From: Nemertoderma westbladi
Lineage: Eukaryota > Animalia > Xenacoelomorpha
Reading direction: 5' to 3'
DNA length: 64,000 nucleotides
NCBI GenBank assembly: GCA_032718475.1
Contig: JAUCBJ010008915.1
Span: forward strand, 43,287 to 107,286
The stretch's first letter is position 1. The number at the start of each line of letters is the position of its first letter. The notes under the pieces are model-generated. The model searched no databases. It saw nothing but the letters and a program-made list of their open reading frames with translations, and was not told the origin of the DNA. Below, piece after piece: positions 22,537 to 35,600 of this stretch. Both the position numbers and the translations under genes were made by a program.

Positions 22537-25251
22537 ATGGATATTTTGCCTGTGCAGCAAGATGATTCCTGGGAGCAATGGAAGTCGTATTTAGATCCGT
22601 CGACAACAGAGTCGGAAACGGCCCAAGATCTCACATCATTAGCGACGGAGGAAAACATCCTGGACGAGATCATTGTTAGTTCCGGAGGACTCCCTGACGG
22701 ATGGCCGTGGATTCGTCCTCCCAGCATCGTACTACGCCCGCTAACACCCGCGATTTCTCAAGCAGTATCCCATCTAAATACTGTCCAACACAAATTAGCG
22801 TTGCACTGCAAAAGAGTGTACGTAGAACGTCTTAGTAGACAAGGCTCGCTGGCTGTATCGCGAAAGATGAGCGCTCTTAGTCAAGAAAAACAACTGCGTT
22901 TTTCAGAAAAAAGTGTCTGTAGTGACATTGAACTCGAGGTTGTTAATGGTGAAGACGGCATACCCAGTCTAACTGAGACCGAGGGCGCGCCAGTAATGGT
23001 TGAATCCCTGGCCTCGGAAATAGTCGATCTGTTAGCAAAACTAGAGCAGGAAAGAAGCACTTTGAGAGAGAACATGGTTACTGAAGCAACTCGGGTTGAG
23101 AATCTTGGGAAGCGTTTGGACGAAGTGACCCAGAAACGAATGTACGAGTTACCGGCTGCTGTTCAACTCGAACATGAATCATGTGCGGAGGACATAGCCG
23201 AACTTAAATGGCATGGCAACTATAGAAACAGACAGGCCAAGCGACTTGAGCGACGAATAGACGTAGCTGAAAGGTATAATGACCATCTCCAGGAGGGTAT
23301 TAACCATGCCACGAAAAATAAACCGCTGATAGAGGAAAAATTATATTTAGAGAACGAAGCGATTCAACGCATTGGTGATGCACATCAAGGCACTATGGAG
23401 GAATTAAATGAAACTATAGAAGTTAAAAATAAAACTGCGGAAATGACTACTGATAGTCATGCTAAAGCCAATAAAGAGAGAGGTTATATAAAGAAAGAAT
23501 TAGATTCCGTAAGGGAACAGCTGAGGAATGCTTTGGATTCATTGCAAGAAGCTAAAGATACACACGATAGTTACTGCACATCTTATGAAGAGAGTTTGCT
23601 GAAGATTAAAGACAATGGCATCGAGAATGAAGCCCTCACTGAGAGTTTACAGTCGTGCAAGGATCTCCTAAAGATGCAAAATGAAATGGTCGATGGGCTG
23701 AGAGCAGCCATTGAACAGGAAGAATTTGAATACAATAGATTATCAAATGAGAATGCTGAAAATGAAATAGAAAGTGCCCAACGTTATAAAAAGGCCACAC
23801 TAGAGAACAATGAACTGAGTGATGGCCTTAAAAAGAAAACGAAGAAACTTAAAGATTATAGGCAGAAGAATAGAAATGCCAGGACCGACATAGAAGACAT
23901 GGAATATAAACTTAAAGAGTGTTTTAAACAAAAAGAGGTAGATGAAAAAACGTTGTCACGTGTGTTAAAGGATATGGAGACAACAGACCATCTGTTGGCT
24001 CTTCAACGTCAGGAATACCACAAAGTAGAAATAGTTCACACATCAACACGGGATAAATTAGTTAGAGAGGAAGAGAAATTCCGTAACAAAGAAGACGCAA
24101 TGAGCTCTACAGCGAAACATCTTGAGAAATCGATTAAAGATGAAATACACAAATGCGGTGCGATAAGGGCTCGAATCGCAACTGAAACTAATGATTATGC
24201 TAGGCTCGAAATCGAATGTGCTAGTAAACAAGCGGCAATGGATAAAAAGTTGGCAACTCTCACTAATGCTCTTAATAAAATTTCCGATCAAGTAAAGGCC
24301 ATGAGACAGAAACATGAGGACAGATGTCGAGCCAAGACAGATCTTAACAACGGCATTGAAAAGGTGGATAACCTTTTCCGCACTGCCTCGGCTAAACTAA
24401 ATGGAAAAATCAACAGCTTAACTCCACAGAATGAAAGTTTTAAAAAAGAAAATCTTGCATTAATTCGGCAACTGGAATATATGGATTTTAATACGGGCCA
24501 AATGAAAGGTAAAATCAAAGAAATGGAAGATTCACTTGTTATGATTCGTAAAACTATAAAAAATAACAGGGAATCTATAGAAAAGTTGGAATTACTAAAG
24601 AGTGAAACGGATTATTCAGTTGAAGAATTGAAAAGACTTATAAAAAGCTTGGAGGATAAACTGAACATGGTCATTGATAGATCGAAACAGTCGCAAAATA
24701 CCAATGATGCTTACATCGAAGAAAGAAACAGTTTACTCTTGGAAATGGAAGATGAACTACAAAAGAGATGTTTAATTAACGAAGGTTTGTCGTCGCGTTA
24801 TAAAGAACTACAGAATGTCGTGTTCATCAATAAGTCATCATTAATTTGTATATCTGAAAAACTCAATCACATTAGGGATCGATTTACTGATTACGTTAAA
24901 TTATCAGAGACACAGAAACATATGAGGCATTGTCTGGATAAATACTTCACATACAGGGGGCTTTTTAATTCGGCGGAATTTCAATTTTTAATGCACTCCT
25001 CGTGGGAAAATGAACAGGAAATTATGTGCGTGAAAGACAAAATGGCGACTGCTATCCATGAAGTTAACAGCTACCTCGTGGTTGAAGCCGATGGATCGCT
25101 TGAGAAAAGGGAGAAATCCATAGCCAAAGAACAAACTGAGGCGGAATTAATTACCATTACAGATAAACTTCCGGACTTCATCACGGAAGTGGACAACACT
25201 TCTAGGGTACTCAAATACCCAATCAGGGCTTCCCCAGTTCAAGTTATCTAG
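22537..25251 (+). CDS. CCDC178: Coiled-coil domain protein, CCDC178-like, intronless 904 aa
   Basis: Long heptad-rich ORF. The segment IVDLLAKLE...RMYELPAAVQLEHESCAEDIAELKWH is recognised as CCDC178-like from memory, not from a search. Confidence 0.7.
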   Translation: MDILPVQQDDSWEQWKSYLDPSTTESETAQDLTSLATEENILDEIIVSSGGLPDGWPWIRPPSIVLRPLTPAISQAVSHLNTVQHKLALHCKRVYVERLSRQGSLAVSRKMSALSQEKQLRFSEKSVCSDIELEVVNGEDGIPSLTETEGAPVMVESLASEIVDLLAKLEQERSTLRENMVTEATRVENLGKRLDEVTQKRMYELPAAVQLEHESCAEDIAELKWHGNYRNRQAKRLERRIDVAERYNDHLQEGINHATKNKPLIEEKLYLENEAIQRIGDAHQGTMEELNETIEVKNKTAEMTTDSHAKANKERGYIKKELDSVREQLRNALDSLQEAKDTHDSYCTSYEESLLKIKDNGIENEALTESLQSCKDLLKMQNEMVDGLRAAIEQEEFEYNRLSNENAENEIESAQRYKKATLENNELSDGLKKKTKKLKDYRQKNRNARTDIEDMEYKLKECFKQKEVDEKTLSRVLKDMETTDHLLALQRQEYHKVEIVHTSTRDKLVREEEKFRNKEDAMSSTAKHLEKSIKDEIHKCGAIRARIATETNDYARLEIECASKQAAMDKKLATLTNALNKISDQVKAMRQKHEDRCRAKTDLNNGIEKVDNLFRTASAKLNGKINSLTPQNESFKKENLALIRQLEYMDFNTGQMKGKIKEMEDSLVMIRKTIKNNRESIEKLELLKSETDYSVEELKRLIKSLEDKLNMVIDRSKQSQNTNDAYIEERNSLLLEMEDELQKRCLINEGLSSRYKELQNVVFINKSSLICISEKLNHIRDRFTDYVKLSETQKHMRHCLDKYFTYRGLFNSAEFQFLMHSSWENEQEIMCVKDKMATAIHEVNSYLVVEADGSLEKREKSIAKEQTEAELITITDKLPDFITEVDNTSRVLKYPIRASPVQVI

Positions 25252-25463
25252 TTTTGTCATAATTAATGACTTATTTATATAATTTATATATACTGTATAC
25301 CGGTATATGTTTCATTGTAATAACGCATGTATATATTTTAGCTGGATATTAAGCACAATGAATATTCTTCACTTCAAGACAATTATTTAATATAATAATC
25401 GTAATAATCCTATTTTAAATGAAAAGTCGATTCAATTTATTTTCGTAGGGTAGAGTTAAGTAA

Positions 25464-25523
25464 GGCATCCAGGTGGGATCGAACTGCTGACCTCCAGGTT
25501 GGAGTCGGCGCCCTAACCACTCC
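25464..25523 (-). mobile_element. Degenerate tRNA-like/SINE head
   Basis: The minus strand reads GGAGTGGTTAGGGCG...GTTCGATCCCACC (A/B-box-like). No clean cloverleaf. Confidence 0.4.
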
Positions 25524-26769
25524 GATAGACGGTAGATCTAAAAAACTACCTGATAATCATATGTAGTCATGGTGTTCAAACCGAATATATTATGACGGCT
25601 AATCCCTTCAGCTACAATGAAAGGGATATTTTAACAAATGATCAACAAATGATCTGAAAGACGAAAACAGCCAACTATAAAGTGAAAGAAACAGAATATA
25701 ATTTACTACATTATATTTTGAATGAGTTAATGTTAAAATTTGTTTCACAAATTTTATTGTGAAACAAAGTTCTACTTTTTTCCCAAGTATTAAGTAATTC
25801 CATGAGTAAATTTGATTCATATATTGGAACATTTTTAGTTACTTGTTATCGTTTATGTGGAACACCAAAGATATACCCGACAGCCGACAGCCGATAACCT
25901 ACAGCTGGCAACCGCGAACAGGCAAACCGACACCTGACAACCAACAACAGACAACTGAGAGCAGACAACCGACAATAAGAAGCAACAACCGACAGCTGTA
26001 AACAGATAGCATACGCGTCAGCCGACAACCGATAGCAGGCGGTTGTACGCTGTCTGTTGTCTGCTGTCGGCTTTCTTCTGCAGGTTTGCGTTTGTCTGGT
26101 GTCGGATGTGGGTTATCAGTTAGCGATCGTTTATCAGCTGTCGGTTGTCCGCTTTCGGTTGAAGTCGGTGTTGACAGCCAATCCTATAATGAAAAGGTTT
26201 GCACAAAAATTTGCATTTATAAAATGTTATTTCACACACAAACACAAGAAAATAGGGCTGTTGGCCTAATCTTTAATCGAATTCCTTACAAAAGGCAGTA
26301 TTTCCGTTGCTATTGGTTAATATCATTGGATTGCTTACTGTTCAGCAGCTGCTACTATGCATTCGACCCTTCTAACAAACAACTTCTGCTTCTCTAATTG
26401 ACTTGAAACCTTTACTCATTCACATACGTATCGTAGTATAATTCAAGCTAGGCCCTCATATATGCCACACAGAGAGGCCATACAGTTGCTAGCAGGAGGC
26501 CTGACCTACTAAAAGCAAGCCATGTTTGAGAAGTATTCCCTGCTGCTATAAATTGAACACACTGCCTCCCATGCTCATTGAATTTCTGATTAATTTAAAA
26601 CGTATTTCTCTCATTCGCATTAACATTGTATTCGTTAGACTGCAAGGCTATTTAATTTTTTAACTAATATACGGTTATATATCTGCCATTAGGCCTACAA
26701 TTATATTTTAAGAACATCCAGATTTCCCATTTTTAAGGTTATTATTTTGTGTTTCTGCATGTGGTCCGA

Positions 26770-26980
26770 TGGGGTACGCAGCAAACTTCGCCCACGAGAA
26801 AGCTTCGCCCGCGTCCAATCTTCGCCCGGAGCAATCTTCGCCCTCAAAATGCGTTTTAACAACATCGTTTATTGTTCTGGTTAGAAAAACCCGTCTCTGT
26901 AACGTGCTCCTTTCCCCCAATCTGGCGAAGGTTGGACACGGGCGAAGGTTGGACACGGGCGAAGATTGCACCCAACCTCC
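26770..26980. mobile_element. Small MITE with inverted subterminal CTTCGCCC / GGGCGAAG repeats
   Basis: Four CTTCGCCC motifs on the left and three (G)GGCGAAG motifs on the right. Confidence 0.55.
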
Positions 26981-28479
26981 GATTGAATACTAATACATTA
27001 TAGTTAATAGCAGCGGCAGATATCATATATTTTATAGATAATGTGGTACCGGTTTGCGGTAACTAATTAAAACATTAATTGTTTAAATAAACTTTACATA
27101 AATTTAAAATACTTAATATATTTTACCATTAACCTTGCATTAATAATATATTTCTTTGGAAGAGTAGCGTACTACAGTAAAGCAACCCTTGAATACACTG
27201 CCGCACAGTAAATTATTAAGTATTTCGTTCTTAATATCTCATCTCATGACTTTTTGCTGCTTCATGCTACCTCTCTCTCCCTGTCTGCATAATATACAGA
27301 TGGTCGGCTATTAAATACAGCTGGTTGCTATAATCATAATGCCCTGGAAGTTTTAACATTTGTTAGGCTAGTTTATTTACTTTTATGACTTTATATTGCA
27401 TCTACCGCTTTGAAGTACTTCTGTCAATGGATGATGACCAGTCTACCGATTCAATTTAACAGAAATGTAATAATTATGCAATTCCTGACTTGCCGGTGTA
27501 CGAAATGAAACTAGAAAGCCAGCAAGCTGGCTTTAAATGTGCCCATCAAACCAACCAGTACCCTGAGTGAGCGAAAATGAAAACACGATAATTGCCATCA
27601 ACTCAACGATAGAAACACCAGCTGCTGGTACTCATGAGGGCCTAGTAAGCTACTACTATTTATTGAATGGATAGCCCAAACTGCAGAGAAGTATATTACT
27701 TGCCAAGTTTGTTACTCTCTCACTCTATCCCAGACAGTGCGCAAATATCAACTTGTCAGTTTGTACCGGTAATGTATTACCCCGCCAGCTGAATAACTCT
27801 TCCCAGTGAATCCTATGGCAATATCGTATCTATAGGGTTACTCACTGCTATGTTGTGTCGGAGGTCAGCTGATTGAATTTTAAGCACTGGGCCTTTCAAA
27901 TGTTTTATAGGTTGATGATAATGAATGAGGAGGGACCCAACTAACACTACGTTTGTCTATGGACGCGGACGGTCAGCTTGCTGGCTTTTCTACTGTAGTT
28001 GAGTCATATTATTCTGCAACCAATAATTTACTCTTTTAGACGAATTAGTGCGTTTTTTGCCGGACTAACAAATTTTGGCGACGTTCTGTGCGAGATTGGC
28101 GATATTTGAAAAGATTCTGAGGCTAAAATATGTTGCTCGGATGACTGAATATCCAAAATAAAACAGTTAGTGCATACTCGACGAGTTGAAATCGGTGAAA
28201 TTCGACTTTAAATTTTCAAAACCGCTATTTTTCAGTGAACCCTTGGTCGAAATGCCACAAAAATTATACAGTCCTCTGCGCAACCAAAATTGATGTAGAG
28301 ATTGCTTTTACAATTTTTGCGTACCTGCTTGAGTTTTTGAGATGTTGGTTGAGTTTTTGAGTTATTGGATGGTTATACATATACATACATACATAACCAC
28401 ATCGTGTTTTTGAACGGCTCAACTCTTGACAAGAACTACCCTGGCCTATTATATTAATAGGAAGGTTCGTTATGAATAA

Positions 28480-30102
28480 ATAATAACAGCCCCCAAGGAA
28501 TCAGCCGAGAGGCATATTCCCCAGAAACCCAAACGAAAACAGTATGTGCCATGGCAAAACTCTGAGGTTACTTGTAAGAGAGAAGATCTTAAAAGATAGC
28601 CTACATAGTGATAACCGAACAACCAACAACCTAAAACATCAATAAGGTTGAGAAAGAAAGTTGGCCTACAACATCAGCCAGAAGAAGTACAGTACATCAA
28701 ATAGAAGAAATTACAACTGCACACATACTGTACAGCAACAAGCAAGACTTACCTGGTCTGGTCAACTGTAAATAAAGTATCTGGTCGGACTACAAAGAAG
28801 CATTAAAAGCATGCCCAATCATAATGCGAGTGGATTAATAGACTTCGGTATTTTATTTAATTCGGATACGCCGACAATAAAATTAAACTATGTTAAAAGA
28901 AAGGACCGCACTTCACAGCAACAATAAGGAGTACATAGGAATAGTTAAAATCAGTTAATAATATACCAACAAACTATCGTGGGATCTGCCTGCTTGTGTT
29001 GTGATAGCTGCCAAATTTTACAAAATGATTCTATATAGAATTAGGCCTCACATAGAGAAAGTGCTCTCCAATACGGATTTCGACCAAATAGATCAACCAT
29101 AGTTTAGATACTGATTGAGGGAATTAAGTCAAAGAATCTCCCTGCAGTCCTGACTTTTGTGGGCTTCAATAAAGCATTCGACTCGATCCATAGAGGTAAA
29201 ATGCTGGAAATCCTAAGAGCTTATGGCATACCAGAAGTAATTGTCGCAGCCATTGGATTGTCATATTGTGACACAAAAAGCTCATGTTCTCAATCCTGGC
29301 TGGCGTACTGCAAGGTGACACATTAGCACCATTACTATTTGTAATTGTGCTGGATTACGCAATGAGGACGGCCACAAAGGGTGAAGATCAGGGATTCACA
29401 CTTCAAGAACGCAGAAGTAGTAGATATCCGGCAACAACAGACACAGACCCCGACTTTGCGGATGACATCGCCCTGCTCTCTAATACCCTAGCAGATGCAC
29501 AGCTTCTACTAATTAAAGTGGAGAGGGCTGCTAAGGAGGTTGGATTGCATATAAATGCTACCAAGACCGAATTCATGGCTTTGTTGACAACAATCGATAA
29601 TAATCAACTAAGGAAGGTCGACGATTTCCAGTACCTTGGATCATGGATAGAAAGTAGCAAAAAGGACATAGAAGTTAGGAAAGTAAAGGCTTGGGTAGCT
29701 CTATCAAAAATGGATATCATCTGGAAATCAGATCTCTCCAGGCACCTGAAAACTAAGTTTTTTCAGGCCACAGTGGAAAGTGTACAACACATGATAAACG
29801 CCGAGCTTTATGTTACAATACCACCTGTATCAACCACCCTCCGTGAACGCAGATTAAGATTCAGTGAAAGTGGACACTGCTGGAGAAGTAAAGACGAGGT
29901 CATACCAGATCTACTTTTCTGGCAACCAACATATGGAAAGCGCAGTCGTGGACGACCGGCCATAACATATATAGACCAACTTGAAAGGGGTACTGGTCTT
30001 GAAAAAAACGAAATTGCGTCAACTATGGGGAATCGGGAAGCCTGGAAGGATCTAATTTCCATCTGTCCGAGCTCTCTCGACCTGCAGGTAGTAGTAGTAG
30101 TA
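28480..30102 (+). mobile_element. Decayed RTE-clade LINE
   Basis: RT motifs GVLQGDTLAPLLF, DFADDIALL, FQYLGSWI; RTE-type C-terminus RRLRF..GHCWR...GKRSRGRP; (GTA)n tail at 30088-30102; upstream KAFDSIHRGKM in another frame. Confidence 0.88.
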
Positions 30103-30186
30103 TTGCATCAACTACTGTATTTGTATCATGATCAGCAAGGTACAATTACCATAGATCATGATATCCAACATAAATATAGGTCTTAA

Positions 30187-31283
30187 CGGATCTAGGACAC
30201 TTCCCCCCCCCGGACACTTCCCCCCCGGACACTTGCCCCCCGGACACTTCCCCCCAGTTAAAGTGTTAAAATTAATCTGGGTGCATCAAAGCAATAAACA
30301 AAAGTTAAAGATGGTTACAGGATAAGTTGTATCTAGACAAGTTTTTTCAAGTTTTTTTTCAAGTTTTATGGTCAAATTTTGTTTGTTTTTCTTTTAATTC
30401 CTTTAATTCTTTTAATTTCTTTTAATTGGGGGCTGCCGCCCCCAAACCCCCGCTTCTTTTGTTGGGGGCTACCGCCCCCAAACCCCCGCTTCTTTTCTTG
30501 GGGGCTGCCGCCCCCAAACCCCCGCTTCTTTTCTTGGGGGTTATCGCCCCCAGACCCCGGCATTTCCCTGAGTGCCCGTGGTGAAAGACTTAAGACCACT
30601 TTGAAATAATTAATTCATGTTTGTATCATCAGATAATAAATTGACTAAGCCTAAAGTAGGAGCTGTATTGAATGTTAACCAATTTAATATATAAATTACT
30701 ACAATATTATATAATTCAACAAAATCCTATTAAAAATATTGCAAGTAACCAGGAAATTTAATATGTAGTGTGTATAATATTATATAGTATGTATAGTAGT
30801 AATATGTATATCTAATATGTAATGCTGAACACAGAATACAGGTCGACGCATGTCGATTTTACCCTGGAGAGGTATAATTTTGATTGCAACAATAATATTC
30901 ATCCCCATCTGCTACAATTTGAAGAAGACTATTACATAATAATACCTATAATTAAAACAATTAATTATTATAATTCTATAGTTAATAAAAACAGTATATC
31001 ATTCCGGGGATGGAATTTATAGGTCATCTAATATAATTAATTGTTTAAAGATTAGCAAACAATACGATGTAATTGCATTGATAAAACCCATAAATAAAAC
31101 TTGGATATAAAATGTAAGTAAAATCGGGATGCAAAAGATCACTTTCTGAGCTACGAAAGTAAAATTGGATACAACTTATCTGGATTCAAGCGGTCCGTTG
31201 ACCTTACCAAATGAAAAATACGAATGTGCGAAGTTAAGAACTGTCCGGGGGGAAGTGTCCGGGGGGGAAGTGTCCGAACACCG
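30187..31283. mobile_element. MITE with CGG...CCG ends and tandem GGACACTTCCCCCC subterminal repeats
   Basis: Left (CGGACACTTCCCCCC)n and right (GGGGGGAAGTGTCC)n are inverted. An internal 36-bp tandem repeat occupies ~30426-30560. Confidence 0.75.
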
Positions 31284-32494
31284 TATTAACGATTATTTCA
31301 CATGTATCTTATGTAGACCTCTTTGTGAGTATATTAACCAAAATTAAGGTTCTGTTCAGATTGGTACCTTAGCACAGATTTACTCCATAATAATTACATT
31401 GTTAGAATGGGCAATGCGTTACTAAATTACTTAGAGCCAGACAGGTCAAACAATATAATACGATATGAAAGCATTAAAGCATGCCATTATTACAGTAAAA
31501 GCCGACAAATTACAATTTACTACTGCTAGTTTGTGTACATTATAATTCATAGCTATTTATAAAAAAACTAAGTAGGGTTCATTCAATAAAAACATTTTAG
31601 CTCTTATCTAAACGACCAGTAAGCTCTATAAATATTTGCTCTACCTCACACACATAGTCACAGCACAATCGATCAATGTAGTGAAATCGATTAAACTTTG
31701 AAAAGTAGATGATTCGAAATGACCGCAGACGGCAAATATGTTTTTAGTGGGTTTAGAAACATTAAGGGAAAGTAGCATGTTACTGTGTCTGAGATTTCTA
31801 CCAACATTAAACAAAACTTTATTCCAGAGGGGGGGGGGGGGGGGGGCTCGTTTGGGGTTAAGACATGAATTGCAATTGCATCATTTATAAATACATAATA
31901 ACTGTTTGTTTCTTTTCACTCCTGCAATGCACTTTTCACTTCATAATTAACTATGTCAATTTTATTTGATTATAAACAATGAATGAATGAATGGTTGAAT
32001 AAATTACACAACATCAACATACCTACCCAACCATCAAATATAATTCCCTTCATTTTTCCTGCACTAAGGGTATCGACATTTTATTCATTGATAGCTCTCC
32101 TCTCCCAAACTTTTTATGTAGGCCTACCAGCTCTATACTTTTGCCTTGTGAAATAATGCTTAATGTCACTTATGTCCTTTTTCTACTAAGTTTCCATCTA
32201 ATTCAGTTGATTTTACTCGTTGGTGTCTTATGTCCACATCGTGTGCAATTGATTTTAATCTTTGTTCTAGAGCACATTTTTTTTGTTCTAGAACACATTT
32301 TTTATTTTTTTATACTAGCTAGTTTTATCTACTTTTTTATAAAGGTTATAGAACACGTGTTAATTATCAATTGTGATAAATAGTTTTGTTCTAGAACTCA
32401 TGTTTTTTCCTAGAACATATTTTTGGAAAAAAATACCATCCTACTGTTAGAAGGTCAAATATTTGTTCTAGAAAAAACCTACATTATCTGTATA

Positions 32495-32625
32495 GGGGAA
32501 AAATTCGTACCCGGACAATTCGTACCCATCAAGAAGAATTTCGGGTACGAATTGTCCGGGTACGAATTGTCCGGGTACGAATTGTCCGGGTACAAATTGT
32601 CCGGGTACGAATTGTCCTAAGTTCA
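32495..32625. mobile_element. Mini-MITE with 15-bp GGGTACGAATTGTCC repeats
   Basis: Left GGACAATTCGTACCC units are inverted relative to five right-hand GGGTACGAATTGTCC units. Confidence 0.6.
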
Positions 32626-35600
32626 TTATTTTCTCCTATATACACAAACTGACATTTTAAATCAAATTCAAGTTGAGATAAATAATTTTTCGGTTAAGTA
32701 TAAAGGCCTACAACTAGGAATTTGATGTATCCAATCGCTTGGGACACAACGATAAACCAGTTTGCACAATGACAATGACAATATTACATAAAAGACAGTT
32801 CAAACAATATTATATAATATGAAAGGATACAATTACAATAAGTACGACATTATATTCACATTATAGTTTGTAGACATTATAGTTTCCTTTACAGCTACAT
32901 GTGACAGGTACTAACCATGTAACCAGGGATAAATGGGGACACAAGGGATAAAACACGATACGAAATCCAGTATTCGCATTTCGTCTCATCTTAGCATCGT
33001 ATCTCAAAAATAAGCATTCGTATCGCATAATTTTGTATTTCATATCGTATTTTCGTATCTAAAATGTTTACTAGTTTTAATGATAATCATTCTATGTTTA
33101 GGTTTTTTCATTCAAATTTAAATTTTAGATTTAAATTTAGAAATGCTTATAGTATAAACAAAACAATAAATTTAATTAAATCTTACCTCAATAAATGTTC
33201 GTGGCGCCTTCGCGTAGCACGAGGCTTAGTTATCAGATACAGATTAAAACTTAGCAATTCTATCCCAAAATTGGCATTTAAGAAATTTAACCAAACCGCC
33301 AATAAGAATAAAACAAAGAAGAGAGGAAAGTTCCCTCCCTCGCTTCAACCGCCCTCTTAATCTGCACCACCCCAACCCAAAGGCGCACAGAGGATTAATG
33401 AAAGGCAGAGGTATCAACAGGAAATTTGTGTTTTAAATTTTAGGCGTAGAGGCGACCCTATTTGTTAAAAATATTAAAACTTACCTTATGCCGATAATAT
33501 TGATACTGAAATATTAATTTATCATTTCAACACCTCAACGAAATTATTTAGGTAATTATTCTCAATAACCGCGATTAAATACTCAGGCAATCATTTTGCG
33601 AGATAAATAATAAGCAAGCTGGCTTATTAGTATGGCACCTTACCCTAGTAGTACCTGCCTATGCCCTATAGATGTAATTACCCGTTGCCAAGTAGTTTTG
33701 AGATGATTGGACTGGTTCCCAAACTATAGGCAATAGCAAGCATGCCAAAGAATGAGGGAAGTATAGAGTGACTAGGGTATTTTCATTTCATAACCTAATT
33801 ACGTTTAGATTAATTTATTAAAAACACATTTCTTAAATCAAATCACTTGAACTAATTAAAAACTATAATGGAATGAGGTATGGGGATTACAGCTGTATAA
33901 TTTTTAAGTATAACTATTTACATCTTATACTAGAAAGTAATTAATTCCCATTAAAAGTCATTTTGAAAATGCTGTTTTTACCCTAACCAACATTAATTAT
34001 TAATTAACTGAATTTATCATACCTTATCGAAGGCCACACCAAATTCATCTTGGAAAATCTCTCAACTTTTGCCAGACTACATGTGTACCGAGTTTGGATA
34101 GATTTCATCGAGATTTGGCGGAGTTATCAACGTTTAAAATTGAACATAACAGAACAACAGAATATCAGACTGATTGGTACCCGCATGCTAAGCTCGGGTT
34201 ATAGCTCGGGCTAAGCTAGGCTTGGGGTAATCGTGATATTGTATTTTACTGTGCCTGTGCCCCTTTGTATGCAATGAAAAGGCCTAATGTTTACATTATT
34301 GCATTACGCTGTTATGTAATAGTAATATTCAAAAGAAATACAGTAACATCACCGTTGGTCTTGTCAAATATTTCATAAAGCTATTTTATATATTACTGTC
34401 TGCGACTTTTGGCAGTAGGTGGGGTCTACTGTACAGTAGGCCTACGGTTCTAGCATTACCATGTATAGGGAGGACGAGGAATCATGGTCTACTAAACTAA
34501 TTATCAAAATTTAACGAAGAAACACTTGCTGATAAATCCTAATACTGCCTAACTAGAAACAATAATCATTTTTAATAAGGAGTTTTGGTCTGAAACCAAA
34601 GATTTCAATTTATTACATTTTTATATCTGTTTAGTGCTTATTGCTGTAGGGGGGAGCTATATGCTAAACATAAATTAATATATTATCATTTCATAGTTTA
34701 CAGTCTATCCAGTATACAGTAGTGATGGTTCGACCATGGCCATGGCCATAAATAGCCCTAATTATATAACTGAAATGTAACTTTAAATTTTTAGTAACTT
34801 TTTTACTGCAAATTAGAATTTACTTTTATAAACTACAATTTGTATTTTTAAACTAAAACAGTCATTCATTCCAAACATTAATTAGATTAATTATTTAATT
34901 TGACAAACATGTAAGTAATTAGAAGATTAAATGTCTTGTTCTAAAATGTGTAGTATAGATATTCTAAAATATATATTGGGCTTTATAAAACTGTAGGAAG
35001 TTCTATACCCCTAGCACACTTTTGTTTTACAGCGTCTGCGTTTACAAAAAACGTCAGAAATTCTCTAAATTCGGCAAAATTACATAGAATGTAAAAATGA
35101 CGTACCGGTGCGTTAATTATCATCAAACTGACAGACAACGCCACACCGTATATTATTTAGAATCTTAAATCTCTGAAGTAAAAGCCATGTCCTTCAAAAA
35201 TCCACTGCTATTAAATATTTTTGTACTTGAATGTAGAACAAAGAGATAATATTAGGAATTCAAGAAGACTTCCATTGAACTCGGAGAGGTTCAGTAAACT
35301 CTATAAATATTTTTGAGATTCTGTCTGTCTATCATTCTTCTTCTCTTTTGGATCACATAACAATAATTAACATCCCTGATACGGTGGATTGTCAGTAAAT
35401 ACTTTAATATTGCTAAACGATGGTAGAATAGATTTCCAACCAATAAGAGCATTCGAAGTTAACAAAGTTTTATTACTGGCTCCTTTCTTCTGATCCCCTT
35501 CAAGAATACAGCGGAAAATTCCTTAACTTTTAAATCAGTAAAATCTATTTTTCCAAACCAGTTTGTTAAACTAAAATCTCTTGTTTATTTTTACTCGGAT

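Noticed and set aside
25860-26175. GACAGCC/GACAACC-rich tract followed by its inverse
   Set aside because: Probably a decayed MITE; termini and TSD could not be defined, and its ORFs are spurious.
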